A stretch of 64,000 nt of DNA from Eledone cirrhosa. Lineage: Eukaryota. The notes below the pieces were generated by a model. It had not been told where the DNA came from. It worked only from the letters and a program-made list of their open reading frames with translations, and ran no database searches. Position numbers and translations under genes: made by a program. Location of the stretch: positions 14,198,001 to 14,262,000 of the forward strand of contig OZ024748.1 of NCBI GenBank assembly GCA_964016885.1, read 5' to 3'. Shown piece after piece: positions 13,322 to 27,440 of this stretch; positions within the stretch are counted from its first letter, which is position 1, and each line of letters begins with the position of its first letter.

Positions 13322-13599
13322 TAGAGAAGTATATTCGAAGGTATTGGATACACATGTATAATATTACGTAGACTATGTTGATACCTCAGTGAGAGTAGTA
13401 GAAATATCTGTAAAGCGTTTCAAATATTTTCATTTTACTTGAAGTAATTTTATTTTATATATGAAATATGTTGCAAGGCGTTATAGAATTCTTTGTTGAC
13501 TTCAGCTAACAACATATTTGATCGAGCTTTGTCAACAAAGACTGTTTTCTGTCAGCAAACACTACATAATCAATTTTGTATATATTACCTTCCGAATTG

Positions 13600-14520
13600 T
13601 TTCAGTAATGCCACAGATGAGCGAGATATTTCAGCAACAATACCACAAATGAGAGAAATATCTTTTCAACAATGCCGCAGATGAAATATTGTTTAAACAG
13701 TGCCATATATGAGAGTGATATCGTTTTAACAATACCACAGATGAAATATCGTTTTAACAATGCGATGGACTAGATGTCATTTCACTACTGCTACTCATGA
13801 GAGAGAAGTATATTTTCAACAATGTCACAAATAAAATATCGTTTTAACAATGCTATGAGCGAGATGCCATTTTACCAATATAACAGGTGGGCTATCCACA
13901 GACCAAATTGATATATTGTTTCCACAATGTCACCGACCAGACGAGTTATTGTTTCAACAATATCATGAACGAGATCTTGTTTTAACAATGGCACAAATGA
14001 AATATCCTCTCATTAATGTCATAAACGAGATATCGTTGTATCAATGTCACAGATGAGATATCGTTTAAACAATACCACAGATGAGATATCGTTTAAACAA
14101 TACCACCAATGAGATATCGTTTAAACAATACCACCAATGAGATATCGTTTAAACAATACCACCAATGAGATATCGTTTAAACAATACCACAGAGAGATAT
14201 AATTTCATATCAACAATGTCACAGTCGAGGGATCGTTTCATGATTATCACGGACGAGATATTTTTTCGTATCAACAATGCCACCAATGAGATATCGTTTA
14301 GTATCAACTATGCTACAGGCGAGATATTTTTTAATATCAACAATGTCACAGACGAGGTATCGATTCGTATCAACAATGCCGCAGAAGAGGTATCCTTTCG
14401 TATGAACAATGACAGGGACAAGATATCGTTTAGTTTTAATGTCACAAACGTGATATCGCTTCAACTATATCACCGACGAGATACCGTTCCAACAATATGC
14501 CAAAGACGAAATATCGTTTA
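13600..14520. repeat. 28-31-bp degenerate minisatellite
   Basis: aacaat(g/a)ccacagatgagatatcgttt units; homogeneous core about 14050-14190. Confidence 0.88.
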
Positions 14521-14605
14521 AAAAAAGAAATGGACACATTATTTCAGAGAGGGTCTTAAAAGAGTCATAGAGGCAGTTCTTCTCACCTTCATGAAACAGT
14601 AATAA

Positions 14606-14762
14606 TAACTGTTTCTACTTTTGGCACAAGGCCAGCAATTAACCAGTACATTACTGGTACTTTATTTTATCGACCCCGTAAGGATGAAAGGCAAAGTTAA
14701 CCTCGGCGGGATTTGAACTCAGACCATAAAGGGCCGTAACTCTTTGCTGGAAAGCATGGCGT
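14606..14762 (-). mobile_element. SINE family A, 5'-truncated
   Basis: Family core and tail; flanked by taataataa. Confidence 0.88.
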
Positions 14763-15120
14763 TAATAATAATAAAATAATAATAAAAAGCAATACAATTA
14801 GTACGTGTAATATATAGTAATGTCTATGAAATTAGATTATAACCGTTCATCCTATTTTTCTATCTCATACAAAATGTGTTTTTATCTCTGAATCGGAAGA
14901 AAATGACGCATTTTGCTTATTTACTAGCATTGACCAATTTCCATAGATCAAGACGACAGAGACAATAAGAAAATTAAAGATTGCCAAGAGCGTTCATAGT
15001 TCTGATGAAATAAACTGATTTGTTGTAGAAAATAAGGCTATATGATAATCAGTTGGGTCATACAACACACTGAACTACATTTCTGCATTTCAACTATTAT
15101 TGTTTTATCTCTCTCGCTTA

Positions 15121-15151
<31 letters not shown>

Positions 15152-15560
15152 GCTTTACCAATATCTGTCTACCACTTTCTCTGTGTCTATTTTCTCTCAC
15201 TCTCACAATTTCTCTCTCCCTCAATGCTTCACTCTTTGTCTATTTTCTCTCTCTCTAACTCTACCTCTCTATCTGGTTCCACTTTATCCCATTGTCCCTG
15301 TATTTCTTTCTCTTTCTTCCTATCTCTCTATCTCCCTGTCTGTCTTCCTATCTCTATATCTATGTCTTTCTTCGTATCTTTATCTTCCTGTCTCAGTTTT
15401 CCTCTCTTTAACTATCTTTCTCAGTCTCTACATCCCTCTCTCTAAATTCTCTATAACTCTTCATATCTCACTTTGTGTCAGTCTATCTCTCTCTCTATAT
15501 ATATAGATAGATATAGATAATTCTCTCCTCATATCTCACTTTCTCTCAGCCTCTTTCTTA

Positions 15561-15599
<39 letters not shown>

Positions 15600-16115
15600 T
15601 CACTCTCTTTCAATTCATATCTCACTTGCTGTCAGTCTATCTCTTTATTTAACTATCTAATTCTCCATATCTCACTTTCTACCAATCACTCTCTCAAATT
15701 TCTCTCTATATCTATTTATCTATCTATCTATCTCCCTCCCTCTTTCTCTCCATAGCTCTTCCTCTGTGTCCCTCTTGCGTTAATTTCTCAACCTTAGTCA
15801 CTATTTCTTCCTTAAGGCAAATAACATTCAATTACATCTAGCAGCCTTAAAGTGTTAGTAGAATCTATTACTATTACTGTTTTTTTTTTTTACTGCTAAA
15901 GATAGAGAGTCTATGTAACAGTTGTGTGAGAAAATGAAATAATTAAATTTCGCAAATTAGATTTACACCGATTACATTTTCTATAGCATCCTAAATTAAA
16001 ACGAAATTACTTCATAGGTGCTTACTAGATTTTCTTATATATATTTATATTTATAATTTTTTATTTCAATTTTTGTGATTTATTTTATTTTCCTACAGAA
16101 ACGTTAAAAAAAAGC

Positions 16116-16147
<32 letters not shown>

Positions 16148-16319
16148 GAAAAAAAAAAAACTATTCCACATCTATTGGAAAGAGGTAAAAACATATTTCA
16201 CAAAAGACGTTAGCTTCAGAGTTACATACGAAAAAAGTATACAACTCAGATCTTTGAATGTTGAAAGTTTCGGGTGTCTGTGTGCTTGTATGGGAGTTTT
16301 AGAGAAATAGAGAGGGAGA

Positions 16320-16356
<37 letters not shown>

Positions 16357-17159
16357 AGACAGGAAGACAGAGACAGGCGGACACAGACGGATAGGCAGAC
16401 ACAGACAGACAGGCACAGAGAGACAGAGACAGAGAGAGACAGAGAGAGACAGAGAGAGACAGAGAGAGACATAGAGAGACAGAGAGAAACAGAGAGAGAC
16501 AGAGAGAGTCAGAGAGAGATAGAGAGAAACAGAGAGAGACACAGAGAGAGAGAGACAGAGAAAGACAGAGAGAGACAGAGAGAGAGTCAGAGAGACAGAC
16601 ACAGAGACAGACAGAGAGACAGAGACAGAGACAGACACAGAGAAGCAGACAGGCAGACAGACACTCCTAACAACTGCTGGGAAAGGGTCCCAAGCATCAA
16701 GCATGGTATCGGGTAGCCATCAATCCCCAGTTAGAGGGTTTGATGTCACTTGTGTCAACCCCAGCCCAAGAGGAGGCGAGAAGAGTGCTAGAAGTGCATG
16801 ACCATATGGCAACGGAGATCCAGGATGAGATCTAGGATCTTGGTGATCAGGAATGGTAGATTGATAGATAAATTGGAATTACAAATGCAAAAGAAAGTTA
16901 TTCCATCAACTGAGGGAAACCCATAAAAATTCCTTGGAATGTTGGCCACCATTACTAACCCGCAAAAGAGGATGTGTTACGGTTAAGGTTTGACAAACCC
17001 AGTGAACGTTGGGCCGTGTCAAATGACAATAACATCCCCTGAAAAAGGTTATGTTCACCTAATGTAAACGAATGTGAGGCAACTTCTTTATGACGTAATG
17101 ACTGGCCATATGTCATTCATCTTGAAGTGACTGGTCATGGACTTACCGCTCCGAGGAAC

Positions 17160-17412
17160 AACCTTTAGCAGGATATTTTATGAAAGACCAACAGTTACAA
17201 CCCTGCATACAAGTCTCCCTCTTTCTTCGATATAGTTGTTAGAAAGGCAAAAAGCGATACAGCTTGGCACCAGTGTCGTCACAACAACCCATTAATTTCC
17301 AGCAGAGAGGACTGTAGCGACGAGAAATAAGTAAGATGTCTTGTTCAACATGTTTCCCGATCCAGCAATCGACATACTGAACCCTGAACCCTAGCAACTA
17401 AGCTACACACTT
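17160..17412 (-). mobile_element. Old CORE-type SINE
   Basis: gagaaataagtaagatgtcttgttcaa segment homologous to family B CORE region. Confidence 0.5.
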
Positions 17413-18489
17413 TCGCGAGTATTTGTGCCATATTGCAATATGGAAATGAAACTATATATAAATTTGAGCGACTTCCGTCCGACCATCAATCACACTATTT
17501 GTGTGTGTGTTTCTGTGAATGTATATGTGTGTAAAAGGAATTGAAGGAGATGGTGAAAAAACTATGGCAAAACAGCAGTTGTCGTTACATTTGCTACGCT
17601 GTGTGTGAGTATGTGCGTGATTGCGTATCTGTGTGAATGTATGTCTGTGAGTGTGTATTTTTATAAGTATGTCTGTATTTGCGCGTTTATATTTATATAC
17701 TCATGCATATAAATGTATGCATATGCACATATACACACACGCACACACACACACACACACATATACACATATGCCTCAGAGTTAAAAGAAAATCCTAGTT
17801 TACTAAAACACCGCAAACGGATGTTAAGCTGTAGTGTAGTCAAGCACTTAGTGTACTGTGTATTAAACTTCTCTAATATATCCAAACAGCAAAGATAACT
17901 GAATACCTATTTATAGATATGGGTGTCGACGTTTTACTGCTTTACACGGATATAAGATTATTCAGCCAATTAGAAATAGAACTGATTTCATTGGAGTTGC
18001 TGTTGTTGTTGTTGTTGATGACGTTTGTGGTGTTTAATTATAAGAGTCCTTACATTCTTAACCTTTTTTTAGCACTCGCGTAAAAGAAATTCCGCTAAAC
18101 TTCTTACAGTCAAAGTACCAACCAAGATTTTTTTTTTTATTTCTAATGCTGAAGTGTGTAATCTTAAAAATGTATTTAATGATCGTCCTAATTAATTAGC
18201 TTATGTTATATAATAATGGGGAATATTAAAGTGTGTATGGAAGTGGAGCTAAATGTTTGCTGAATGAATTAAATTTTAATCTATATTTAGTCTGACATTC
18301 CTATATCTGCGACGCAATTCACTGATATTTTTCCAAGTAGGTGTATTTGATATGTACGAAATTCTATTAGTTATTGCCCAAAATGTATTGAGACCAATAG
18401 TCAGCGAATAGATCGATCTCAAATAAATACGAGTCCCAAACTGAGCTCTATATCTCTTTATCACATCTTTCTAGTGCTCCATTTCTTTC

Positions 18490-18900
18490 TATGGGAGAAA
18501 ATTGGGAAACATATATAGGGCATGGGCGGAGATTTTTCAGAGGAGCAGCATTTTGGTGATCAAAGGATCTAGGCGAAGTAGTTAGTTTGAGGCCTGGAGT
18601 GGAGGAAGGTACAACGTTGGTGATGAGTGAGACATGGGTACCTGGGTTTACGAGAATAGCCAGTTCCATGGAGCAGTGGCCACTGTAGAAGACGAAGAAG
18701 AAGCTGGAAGGTGTTAGTTAGCGATAATTTACTTAACGCTTAGTACCTTATTGGCAACCAGGTGGACTGCGTGAGTGCAGTAACATTTGTTCTCTTTGGT
18801 CGTGAATACAGAGTAGATCGTTAGTGAATAGGATACAGAGGTTTAGCTGTTCGTTTGGCAGACTAACATCCTATTGACACTGACAGGTGAGACGGTCTAT
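18490..18900 (-). mobile_element. Decayed CR1/Jockey-group LINE ORF2 3' region
   Basis: Minus-strand translation FFFVFYSGHCSMELAILV resembles the 'FY.Y..G.CS.EL..LVP' C-terminal motif; frameshifted. Confidence 0.5.
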
Positions 18901-21144
18901 CGATTTCTTTCATGCATATATAAATCGTCTGACGTTCATGGATACGATTAATTACCGTCTAATTAATAAATTAATTAATATATTCATGCATTGATTATTT
19001 TGTGTCAAAGAATTCGATCCCCGCACCATAGAATGCCAAACAACTTGTAAATTTCTAATTGATTTGACATTCCTCCAACAAATCACATTCTCTTTCTCGC
19101 ACATTTTAGTTACATTGCGACTGTAAAAGTTTCTTCACCGTAGCTAATTGATGTTTTCGTATACAGTTATAACAGACGTAAAACCACACTACACCACTGC
19201 AACAGAAACAACAGCAGCTCAACCAATCGGGGTGTATCTATGTATCAATAGTTGCTCCATCTTCCACAGATCAATCCTTAACACAAGGTATAATCAACAA
19301 TGTATTCCCCGATGGAACGGTCTTAACTAGATTGGTCTGGTCATTGCTATGCATAGCAATAAAATCACCCATAGAACTACTCCAAATTAAATGTCCTAAC
19401 CCAAATATAGATAAGGATAATCGACAACATATTCCATTATATAGCAAATGGAGGGTCATAGCAATCCAATCACCCACAGACCAAATCCAAATCTTTCTCA
19501 CTCGTGTTGGAAGAGACCCTCCCTGGTTGACCTCCACCACTTCCTATCTCTGGCCATACTGCTTCAATGGTGGAGTGGTCGGTGACGAAACCGGCTACCC
19601 CACCAGAGCCTGGTCTGGTGAGGAGAGTAAGAGGAACACCAGCAACACAAAACACAAGAGCTACTAAAGAGCGGATGAACTCCAGAGTCAACAGCCATCC
19701 GCCCCAACTATGGTTTAAATAGCTTCACCAATTCACAATTGGCCAACCTTGATGTGTACGGCTAACTGACGAAGACATGACCAAAATCACAGACAAAATG
19801 CAATCGACAAAGTACTCCCCGATAGTGAAAATGGAATGGTCGTAGCTAAAATAGAATGGTCCTGGATACTGATAGTACATAGTGATAGCAGAGACGTGAT
19901 TCCACACTACATCATTGTAGCAGTAGAGTTACCAGGCGACAGGCGTGCCTTTTTGTAGTTCCTCGACATGCTATAAATGACAGCTATATCTCCCACAAAT
20001 TAGTCCCTGATATAAAAATTGGAAAGGTCATAGCTATAATGAAAATGTTCATGAATAGAATGGATGGTCATGGCTAGAATGTAATGGCTATTATTGTAAA
20101 TAGCTGACGAATCTCCCATAGATCAAACACTGCCTTGATCTTTAATACAAGATGTACCTGACGAAGTAATCTCTATTATACAAAGCGAAAACAAAATAAT
20201 CATGATGAGAATATTTTTATCATCGGCTGGATCGATCAGAGCTGACCTGGAGCTAAATAATAGCAACAACATAAACAACATGAAACATTGATGGATAAAA
20301 GAAAAACTAAATCAACCCCAGTAAGTATTGAACTCAATTTGTAAAGAGATAACAGTTAACACTTCGATACAACTAATCCAATGTGCTACCATTTCTATCT
20401 GATATTTCCACGCCTTCATTCCTCTAATGGAAACAATTGAAGTGAACTCGACTGTAAGCTTAACAATTATTAATTATATAGTCCGAAGAATAGCAGAGAA
20501 ATTCATTGAAGCACTCCATCACCACGTGATCAGGCCATGTTGTTTTAAGTCACGAGACCGAAAGTTAACTGCTAGATTTTATTTTTGATCTCAATACAAG
20601 ATGGCGTAACAAAATATTTTGTATGCTATCTGTCTCATTCTTTCCATCTATCTCTCTATCTATCTTACTATCTATTTCACTATCTATCTCACTATCTCTC
20701 TCTTTCCTATATATCTATCTATCTATCTATCTATCTATCTGTCTGTGTCTATATTTGTCTGTCTATCTCTCTATCTGTCTCCCTGTCTCTCTTTATCTAT
20801 ATCTCTTTCCTTCCCTATTATTTTGTCTATCTTTCTCTGTCTCACTCTTCTCTTTCTTTCTCTCTATCTCTCTCTTCCTCTCTCCCTTTCGCGTGTATGG
20901 GATAACTTCTACTCGTCGTTCGTTGCTCACTGTTCATCACTTCACAGCCGACTGAGCAGTAAAAACAACATAGCAACCTAACTATACTTAAACACAAAAT
21001 ACAAAATGGAAGACAGAGAATAACCCTTTGTCGCCATCTTGAACTTTCTGCCATCTTTTACAGTTCTTATGGGACTCAAGGTTCCAAGCATGAAATATTG
21101 GCAGAAATGTGTCTCTTGTCCTCCAGCATACAGCCAGTCACCTG

Positions 21145-21239
21145 CTAGTCGTGTTCGGCCATTTGAATTGACCAATTCATCGATAACTGTTCCAGTTCAT
21201 TGATTTCTGGTTCAATGTAATCACCATACTCTACATTGT
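21145..21239 (-). CDS. Candidate terminal coding exon (DNVEYGDYIEPEINELEQLSMNWSIQMAEHD*), unidentified
   Basis: Long polypyrimidine tract ending ttttcttctaaag on the minus strand, then non-repetitive open frame; no homology recognised. Confidence 0.2.
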
Positions 21240-22018
21240 CTTTAGAAGAAAATAAAAAATAACAGAAAAATACAGAAAACATAAAATATATTTTTTGTTG
21301 TTTCTTTTTTGTTGCTTTATATATATATATATATTTTTTTTTTGGCGTCACTGAGGATAGATAGTGAGTTGGTTGGGTAGTGGAAGTGTTGGTGGTGGTG
21401 GATGGAGTTGGTGGTGAATGGTGTTGGTGGTGGATGGTGTTGGATGGTGTTTGGATGGTGGTGGTAGTTGTGGTGGTGGATGTTGTGGTGGTGTGGTGGT
21501 GGATGTTGTGGTGGTGATGTTGGTGGTGTGGTGGTGGTGATGTTGGTGGTGTGGTGGTGGTGGTGTGGTCGTGGTGGTGGATGGTGTGGTCGTGGTGGTT
21601 GTGGAGGTGGGATGGAGTTGGTGGAGTGGTGGTAGTTGTGGTGGTGGTGCGTACGTGGGATGGTGGTGATGGATGGTGGATGGCGGTGTGGTGGTGGTGG
21701 TGGTGGATGGCGGTGTGGTGGTGGTGGTGGATGACGGTGTGATGGATGGTGTGGCGGTTGTGAGATGATGGTGAAAGTGTTGGTGGTATTGGTAGTTGTG
21801 GTGATAATGATAGTAATGTTGGTGGGTGGTGGGTGATGGTGTGTGATGGTGTGTGATGGTGAGTGCGTGGGTGGTACTGCTGGTCGTAGTCGTGATGGGG
21901 TGAGAAAAGTATTTTAAAATTACTGATAATGCTACTACTTCTGATAATGCTACTACTGCAACTAATACTACTGCTACTGTTTTTGCTGCTACTGCTATCG
22001 CTAGTCCCTATTTTTATT

Positions 22019-22118
22019 TTGCCTTATTACCTTTCATCCTTATGGGGTTGATAAAATAAAGTACCAGTAATACACTGGGGTAGATTTGATCGACTGTCTT
22101 GCTCCTAAATCAGAAACC
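22019..22118 (+). mobile_element. SINE family A 3' fragment
   Basis: cctttcatccttatggggttgataaaataaagtaccag. Confidence 0.75.
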
Positions 22119-22130
22119 TTTATTATTCCG

Positions 22131-22328
22131 GGCGGTGGATTGGCAATATCGGTAGAGCGTCAGACAACTTGCTTTGCAGTATGGAGTTATGTCCCTTTAC
22201 GTTATGAGTTCAAGTCTCGCCGAGGTTAATTTTGCCTTTCATCCTTACGGAGTTGATGAAATAAAGCACCAGTAATGCACTGGTGTAATTGCTGGCCTTG
22301 TGCCATAAGCAGAAAATTATTATTATTA
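22131..22328 (+). mobile_element. SINE family A, full length
   Basis: ggcggtggattggcaatatcgg head, gagttcaagtc B-box, (att)n tail. Confidence 0.88.
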
Positions 22329-23764
22329 ATTTAATTCTTATTGGCAAAATATTGGGACTGTTTCCTTGGGTTTTGAGTTCAAATCCCACCTCCCTCTGCC
22401 TGGAGTTGCAACCAGCAAATAGTATCAGTAATAGAAGTATTAATAAAAATATTTCTATGGTACAATGTAAGATCTGCTCCCTTCCTCAGCCTAGATATTT
22501 GACAAGGAGATAGTATTGCAATGGAAATATGGTTTCTGTTGCCATCCAAACGATTGTCTCTTTTCCTGTTTAGTGTCTATTTTTATTTCTCATTTTATAT
22601 TTTGTTAATTGTCATTTGTTTTTTGGCTTTATAAAAATAAAAATTAATTTCAATATGGCTGCGGTGATGAGGAGAGTGAGGAGTAGACATATTCTTCATT
22701 CAGCGAACTGGAAAGTAAAATTGGAATATTTATGATGAGTATTGTGAATTGTGAACAATTAGCCAAACTAGGAATATTTTTTTTTAAATTAACAGCAACA
22801 GCGTCAACAGTTATTCTATGACCAATAATGACAATACTGCGAACGAAATAATCGATTATGGCTGAAGTATTCTCTTGTGATAATGGCTGCAACAACAACA
22901 ATAACAACAACAGCAGCAGCAACAATAATAATAGCAACAACAATAAAAGCAACGACGACAACAATGTTGCCGAATGAAGCTGGCCTGAAATAACCAAAAG
23001 AACTGCAACGTTGAAAATGTTTACTGCAAAACCAATCTGCGTTCGTACGAATCATAGTTGAGTGGCAGGTTTCACCTGTTTCTTGGATAAACCGGACTAC
23101 GTTTTTATTTAGTGACTTTAGGGGACGTCACTCTGTTGCAAACATTCAGACCAAACATTCATTCTCCTAATATCTTCTATCTCCCAAGATTTCAAACCAA
23201 ACTTTCTTTCTCGTATCCTCTTTCTCCCACGATGAAAACCAAATTTTAGTTCTCCTTCTTGTGTCCTCTCTCTCCCCGAGATTTCAAACTAAACACTCAT
23301 TCTTCTTTCTCCTAAGATTTCGCCCTCAACCATTTAAAAATGAAAGGATGAAAAAAATGTTGAAATTTACACCTTACACCTATGCAGGTTTTTTGGGGGG
23401 CCTCATACACGAGATTGTAACACATACATGTTTCTTCGGTGTTTTCTAGATACGAACTCCAGTGTTGTTATAGCTTACACCCCTGCAGGTTTTCTTGGCC
23501 TCTTCGAAATTGTTTCACTTCGGTTTCATGAGAGTTTTAACGGTAGAGGCCGCAGTGTTGTTGTTAGAATTTACAACTGAACAGATTTAATTTTCTTCCG
23601 ATGTTGCATCTCATAAGATGTTTCTTGAGTGCTTTAATGGCAGGTGTTCCAACTTTGTTGTCACAGCTTACACCTTGTTAGGTGTATTTCAACTCCGATA
23701 AGGTTGAATCTCAGGAGAGGTTTCTCAGATGTTTTAATAATAGAGACGCTAGTCCTGTCATGAA

Positions 23765-23880
23765 AAGCAATGTGAAATAAGATGTCTTGCTCATTAACTT
23801 AACGCATCGCCCGGTTCAGGAATCGAACCAACAAACTTATGACTATGAGTGTAACAACACTAAACACTAAACCACGCAAC
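23765..23880 (-). mobile_element. CORE-type SINE head (family B)
   Basis: gcaatgtgaaataagatgtcttgctca...aggaatcgaacc (B-box GGTTCGATTCC on minus strand). Confidence 0.7.
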
Positions 23881-24229
23881 TCCAAGTCAGTCGTAAGCCC
23901 AGAGGCCCATCGAACCAGAGCGTATCCTGGTTTCATTGGCGTTAACTGACTGTTCGAAAAAGACTCTCGCCTCCTACTCCGCTTGGATACGAAGCCTGGC
24001 CGTCATAGAATTAATTACAGCTGTTGCTGCTGGTATTTATTTTCCTTCATTAACTTGATTTGGCAAACAGGAAATGAAGTGTTTCCTTTACGATTTTACT
24101 TTACATTGTTACATCTGCCAATAAAATAATTCGGAGATTGCGAACTACTTAATTTTCTCGATCGACCCTCACCATAGGCGTTCCAGTCATGAACACACAC
24201 ACACATATATATTATATATATATATTATA

Positions 24230-24264
<35 letters not shown>

Positions 24265-24267
<3 letters not shown>

Positions 24268-24463
24268 ATAATAATAAATATGAATATGAAGACTAAAATA
24301 AGAAGAGGGCTCGATAAGGCTAATATATATATAAATATGTATACAAAAACCGTCGAAACGGCTTGAGCTCTGCCGTCAGGTCATCCTTTCTCCTATTACC
24401 CACTCTACTACCCTAAGTATTGAGTGCTCTGGAGCGTTATGGTTGCTTATCACAACTCCTCCG

Positions 24464-24465
<2 letters not shown>
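24265..24465. mobile_element. H5/H4 chimeric element
   Basis: 24265-24353 matches H5 tail (44281 onward); 24350-24465 matches H4; joined at shared ccgt; (TA)n flanks. Confidence 0.75.
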
Positions 24466-24496
<31 letters not shown>

Positions 24497-24500
<4 letters not shown>

Positions 24501-24650
24501 AAAGAGAATAAAGAGTCCAGAATTAGCCGTCGAAACGGCTTGAGCTCAGCCGTCGGGGTCCTACTCGTTCCTATTACCCACTCTACTACCCTAAGTATTG
24601 AGTATTTTGGTGCGTTATGGTCCACCTGGTTCCTTACCACATTTCCTTCG

Positions 24651-24652
<2 letters not shown>
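24497..24652 (+). mobile_element. Family H4 element with short inverted arm
   Basis: agtccagaattagccgtcgaaacggcttgagctc...ttccttcgtt, preceded by inverted taggaaagag. Confidence 0.8.
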
Positions 24653-24684
<32 letters not shown>

Positions 24685-25589
24685 AAAACGTGTGTTCAGA
24701 AAACGACGACGAGCGGAATTTGAAAATTGAATTAGAAGATTTGGCCGTAACTTTAGATCGAGTATAAGTCCACCAAATGAAAAAGATGGGCACTGGCGTA
24801 AATCGTAGTTCACGTGTCCGGTTATGGCAAAATATTCTGATTCGATATTTGTCCTGGTTTGTGCTGAGACAAAGGATGTGTGACAGTGGTCACAACCTTA
24901 AAGAAATTCTTAGCAGAAGGTTGTCAAATATTTTTGTTAAACACGTACATATATGTGTATTACGATATGTTGGGGTTCCTATACTAAATTTTATATCTAT
25001 CTACCTATGTGTGTGTCTGTATGCGTGCGTGCATATATATATATATATAAGATTAACAAAGAAAGGACATGACAACAAATATATATACACACACATATAT
25101 ATATACACACACATATATATATATACATATATATATATACACACATAGATATATATACACACACACATATATACACACATATATATACACACATATATAT
25201 ACACACACACATATATACACACATATATATACACATATATATACACACACACATATATACACATACACATACATATATATACACATACATATATATACAC
25301 ATACATATATATACACATACATATATATACACATAGATACACACATACATACATACATACGCCAATGAACACGTCCTTCGTATTTTAGATGGTTAAGGTA
25401 CGAATGAGATCTGAAGGAGATTTATTGCTCACTCCTTGAAGCAGCTCGATCGACATTGTAAAAGCAGCGTCTCATCTCTCCAACTATTAGATCTCGTAGA
25501 ATGTGGACGTTGCCGCGGGGAGTTGTTAGTGATAATAGCAGTGACAAGCTTCGTATAAATCACCAGACTTGTCTTTTAGAGAGAGAAAA

Positions 25590-27440
25590 AAAGCTTGGTG
25601 GGTGGTGTTGGTGGTGGTGATGGTGGTGGTGGTGGTGAGATATGATATTGTAACAATGGCAGTAATAATTGTACATTTACAACCTCAACATTTTTTTTTT
25701 TTTTTTTTTTTTTTCAGCAAAAATATAACAGTAATAGCACGAAGGAGAAGAACGAGGAGAAGCAGGAGGAGGAGAAGAAGGAGAAAGAGAAGAACAAGAA
25801 AGAGGAGGAAAACGAGAAGAAGAACAACAACAACAACGAAAAGAAGGAGAACGAGGAGCAGAACGACGAAGGAGAACGAAGGAGGAGAACGACAAAAGAG
25901 GAGAAATAACGAGAACAAGGAGAACGAGAACGTGGACGAGAACGAGGGGGAGGAGTACGAGAAAGAGGAAGAGAAGGAGAACAACAACAACAACAAGTAG
26001 AACAACAAGTAGAACAACAACAACAAGTAAAACAACAACAAGTAGAACAACAACAAGTAAAACAACAACAACAACAACAAGTAGAACAACAACAACAAGT
26101 AAAACAACAAAAACAAGTAGAACAACAACAAGTAAAACAACAACAACAAGTAAAACAACAACAACAAGTAGAACAACAACAACAAGTAAAACAACAACAA
26201 CAATACCACCACCGCCACCACCACCGTCACCGGTACCGTTATCAATTGTGAGCACAATGGTGCTGATGTGAACAAGGTAGACGATGCTCATACAACAAAG
26301 ATATCGAGTTATAAACGGCAGATAATTGCATATCTCTAGTTGTCATCTGCAATATGGATATTACCATAAACATTATCACCATCATCATCATCATCATCAT
26401 CTGCATCAGCCACATCATCATCATCTGCATCAGCCACATCAACATCAACATCATCATCATCATCATCATCATCTGCCACATCATCATCCGCATCATCATC
26501 ACCTTTATTATCAGCATCATTATCACCAACATCATCCGCATCATCATCATTATCACCACCATCACCACCTTTATTATCAGCATCATTATCACCATCACCA
26601 TAACCATCATCATCCGCATCATCATCATCACCATCACCACCATCACCTTTATTATCAGCATCATTATGACAATCATCATCATCCGCATCATTATTATTAC
26701 CACCACCATGTTCGTCACCTTTATTACCATCATTATAACCCATTATCATCATCATCATCATCATCATCGCTGTGACCAACACCGTCATAGATCATCACTA
26801 TGACGCATCATCATCATCATCATCTGCATCATTATGACAATCAACATTATCATCATCATCATCATCATCGCCATCATTACGATCATCATCAACAGCAGCA
26901 GTGGCACCACCACCAGTTATTGTGGTGGTGATGGTGACAGGGTGATGGTAGTAGTGGTGGTGGTGGTGGTAGTGACGGCTGTGGTGGTGGTGGTGGTGGT
27001 GGTGGTAGTGACGGCTGTGGTGGTGGTGGTGGTGGTGGTGGTAGTGACGGCTGTGGTGGTGGTGGTGGTGGTGGTAGTGACGGCTGTGGTGGTGGTGGTG
27101 GTGGTGGTAGTGACGGCTGTGGTGGTGGTGGTGGTGTTAGTGACGGCTGTGGTGGTGGTGGTGGTGGTGGTGGTAGTGACGTCTGTGGTGGTGGTGGTGG
27201 TGGTGGTGGTGGTGGTAGTGACGTCTGTGGTGGTGGTGGTGGTGGTAGTGACGGCTGTGGTGGTGGTGGAGTTAGTGGAAACATGAAATTTATGCAGCAT
27301 AAACTGCAGAAGGAAATTGTGCAATTGCAGGAAATAAATGCAGCAGCAGCAACACCACCGACAGCAGCAGCAACACCATCAGCAGCAGCAACAACAACAC
27401 CACCGGCAGCAGCAACACCACCACCTTTAGATACAGCTGC
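25590..27440. repeat. Cluster of trinucleotide-based arrays: (GAA/GGA)n, (AAC)n-AAGTA, (CAT)n, (GGT)n-AGTGACGGCT, (GCA)n
   Basis: Direct inspection; accounts for all long ORFs in this interval. Confidence 0.92.

Noticed and set aside
14998-15040. CTGATGA...GAAA motif
   Set aside because: Three extra nucleotides between stem II and GAAA; no stem I or III.
18448-18684. Host exon after strong minus-strand acceptor
   Set aside because: Peptide better explained as decayed LINE ORF2 C-terminus.
19500-19710. Possible RTE 5' UTR
   Set aside because: Only a vague resemblance; no ORF or second copy to support it.
20100-20135. CTGACGA-ATCT..AGAT-CAAA motif
   Set aside because: Lacks the essential G of GAAA; lies in an old repeat similar to 19980-20000.
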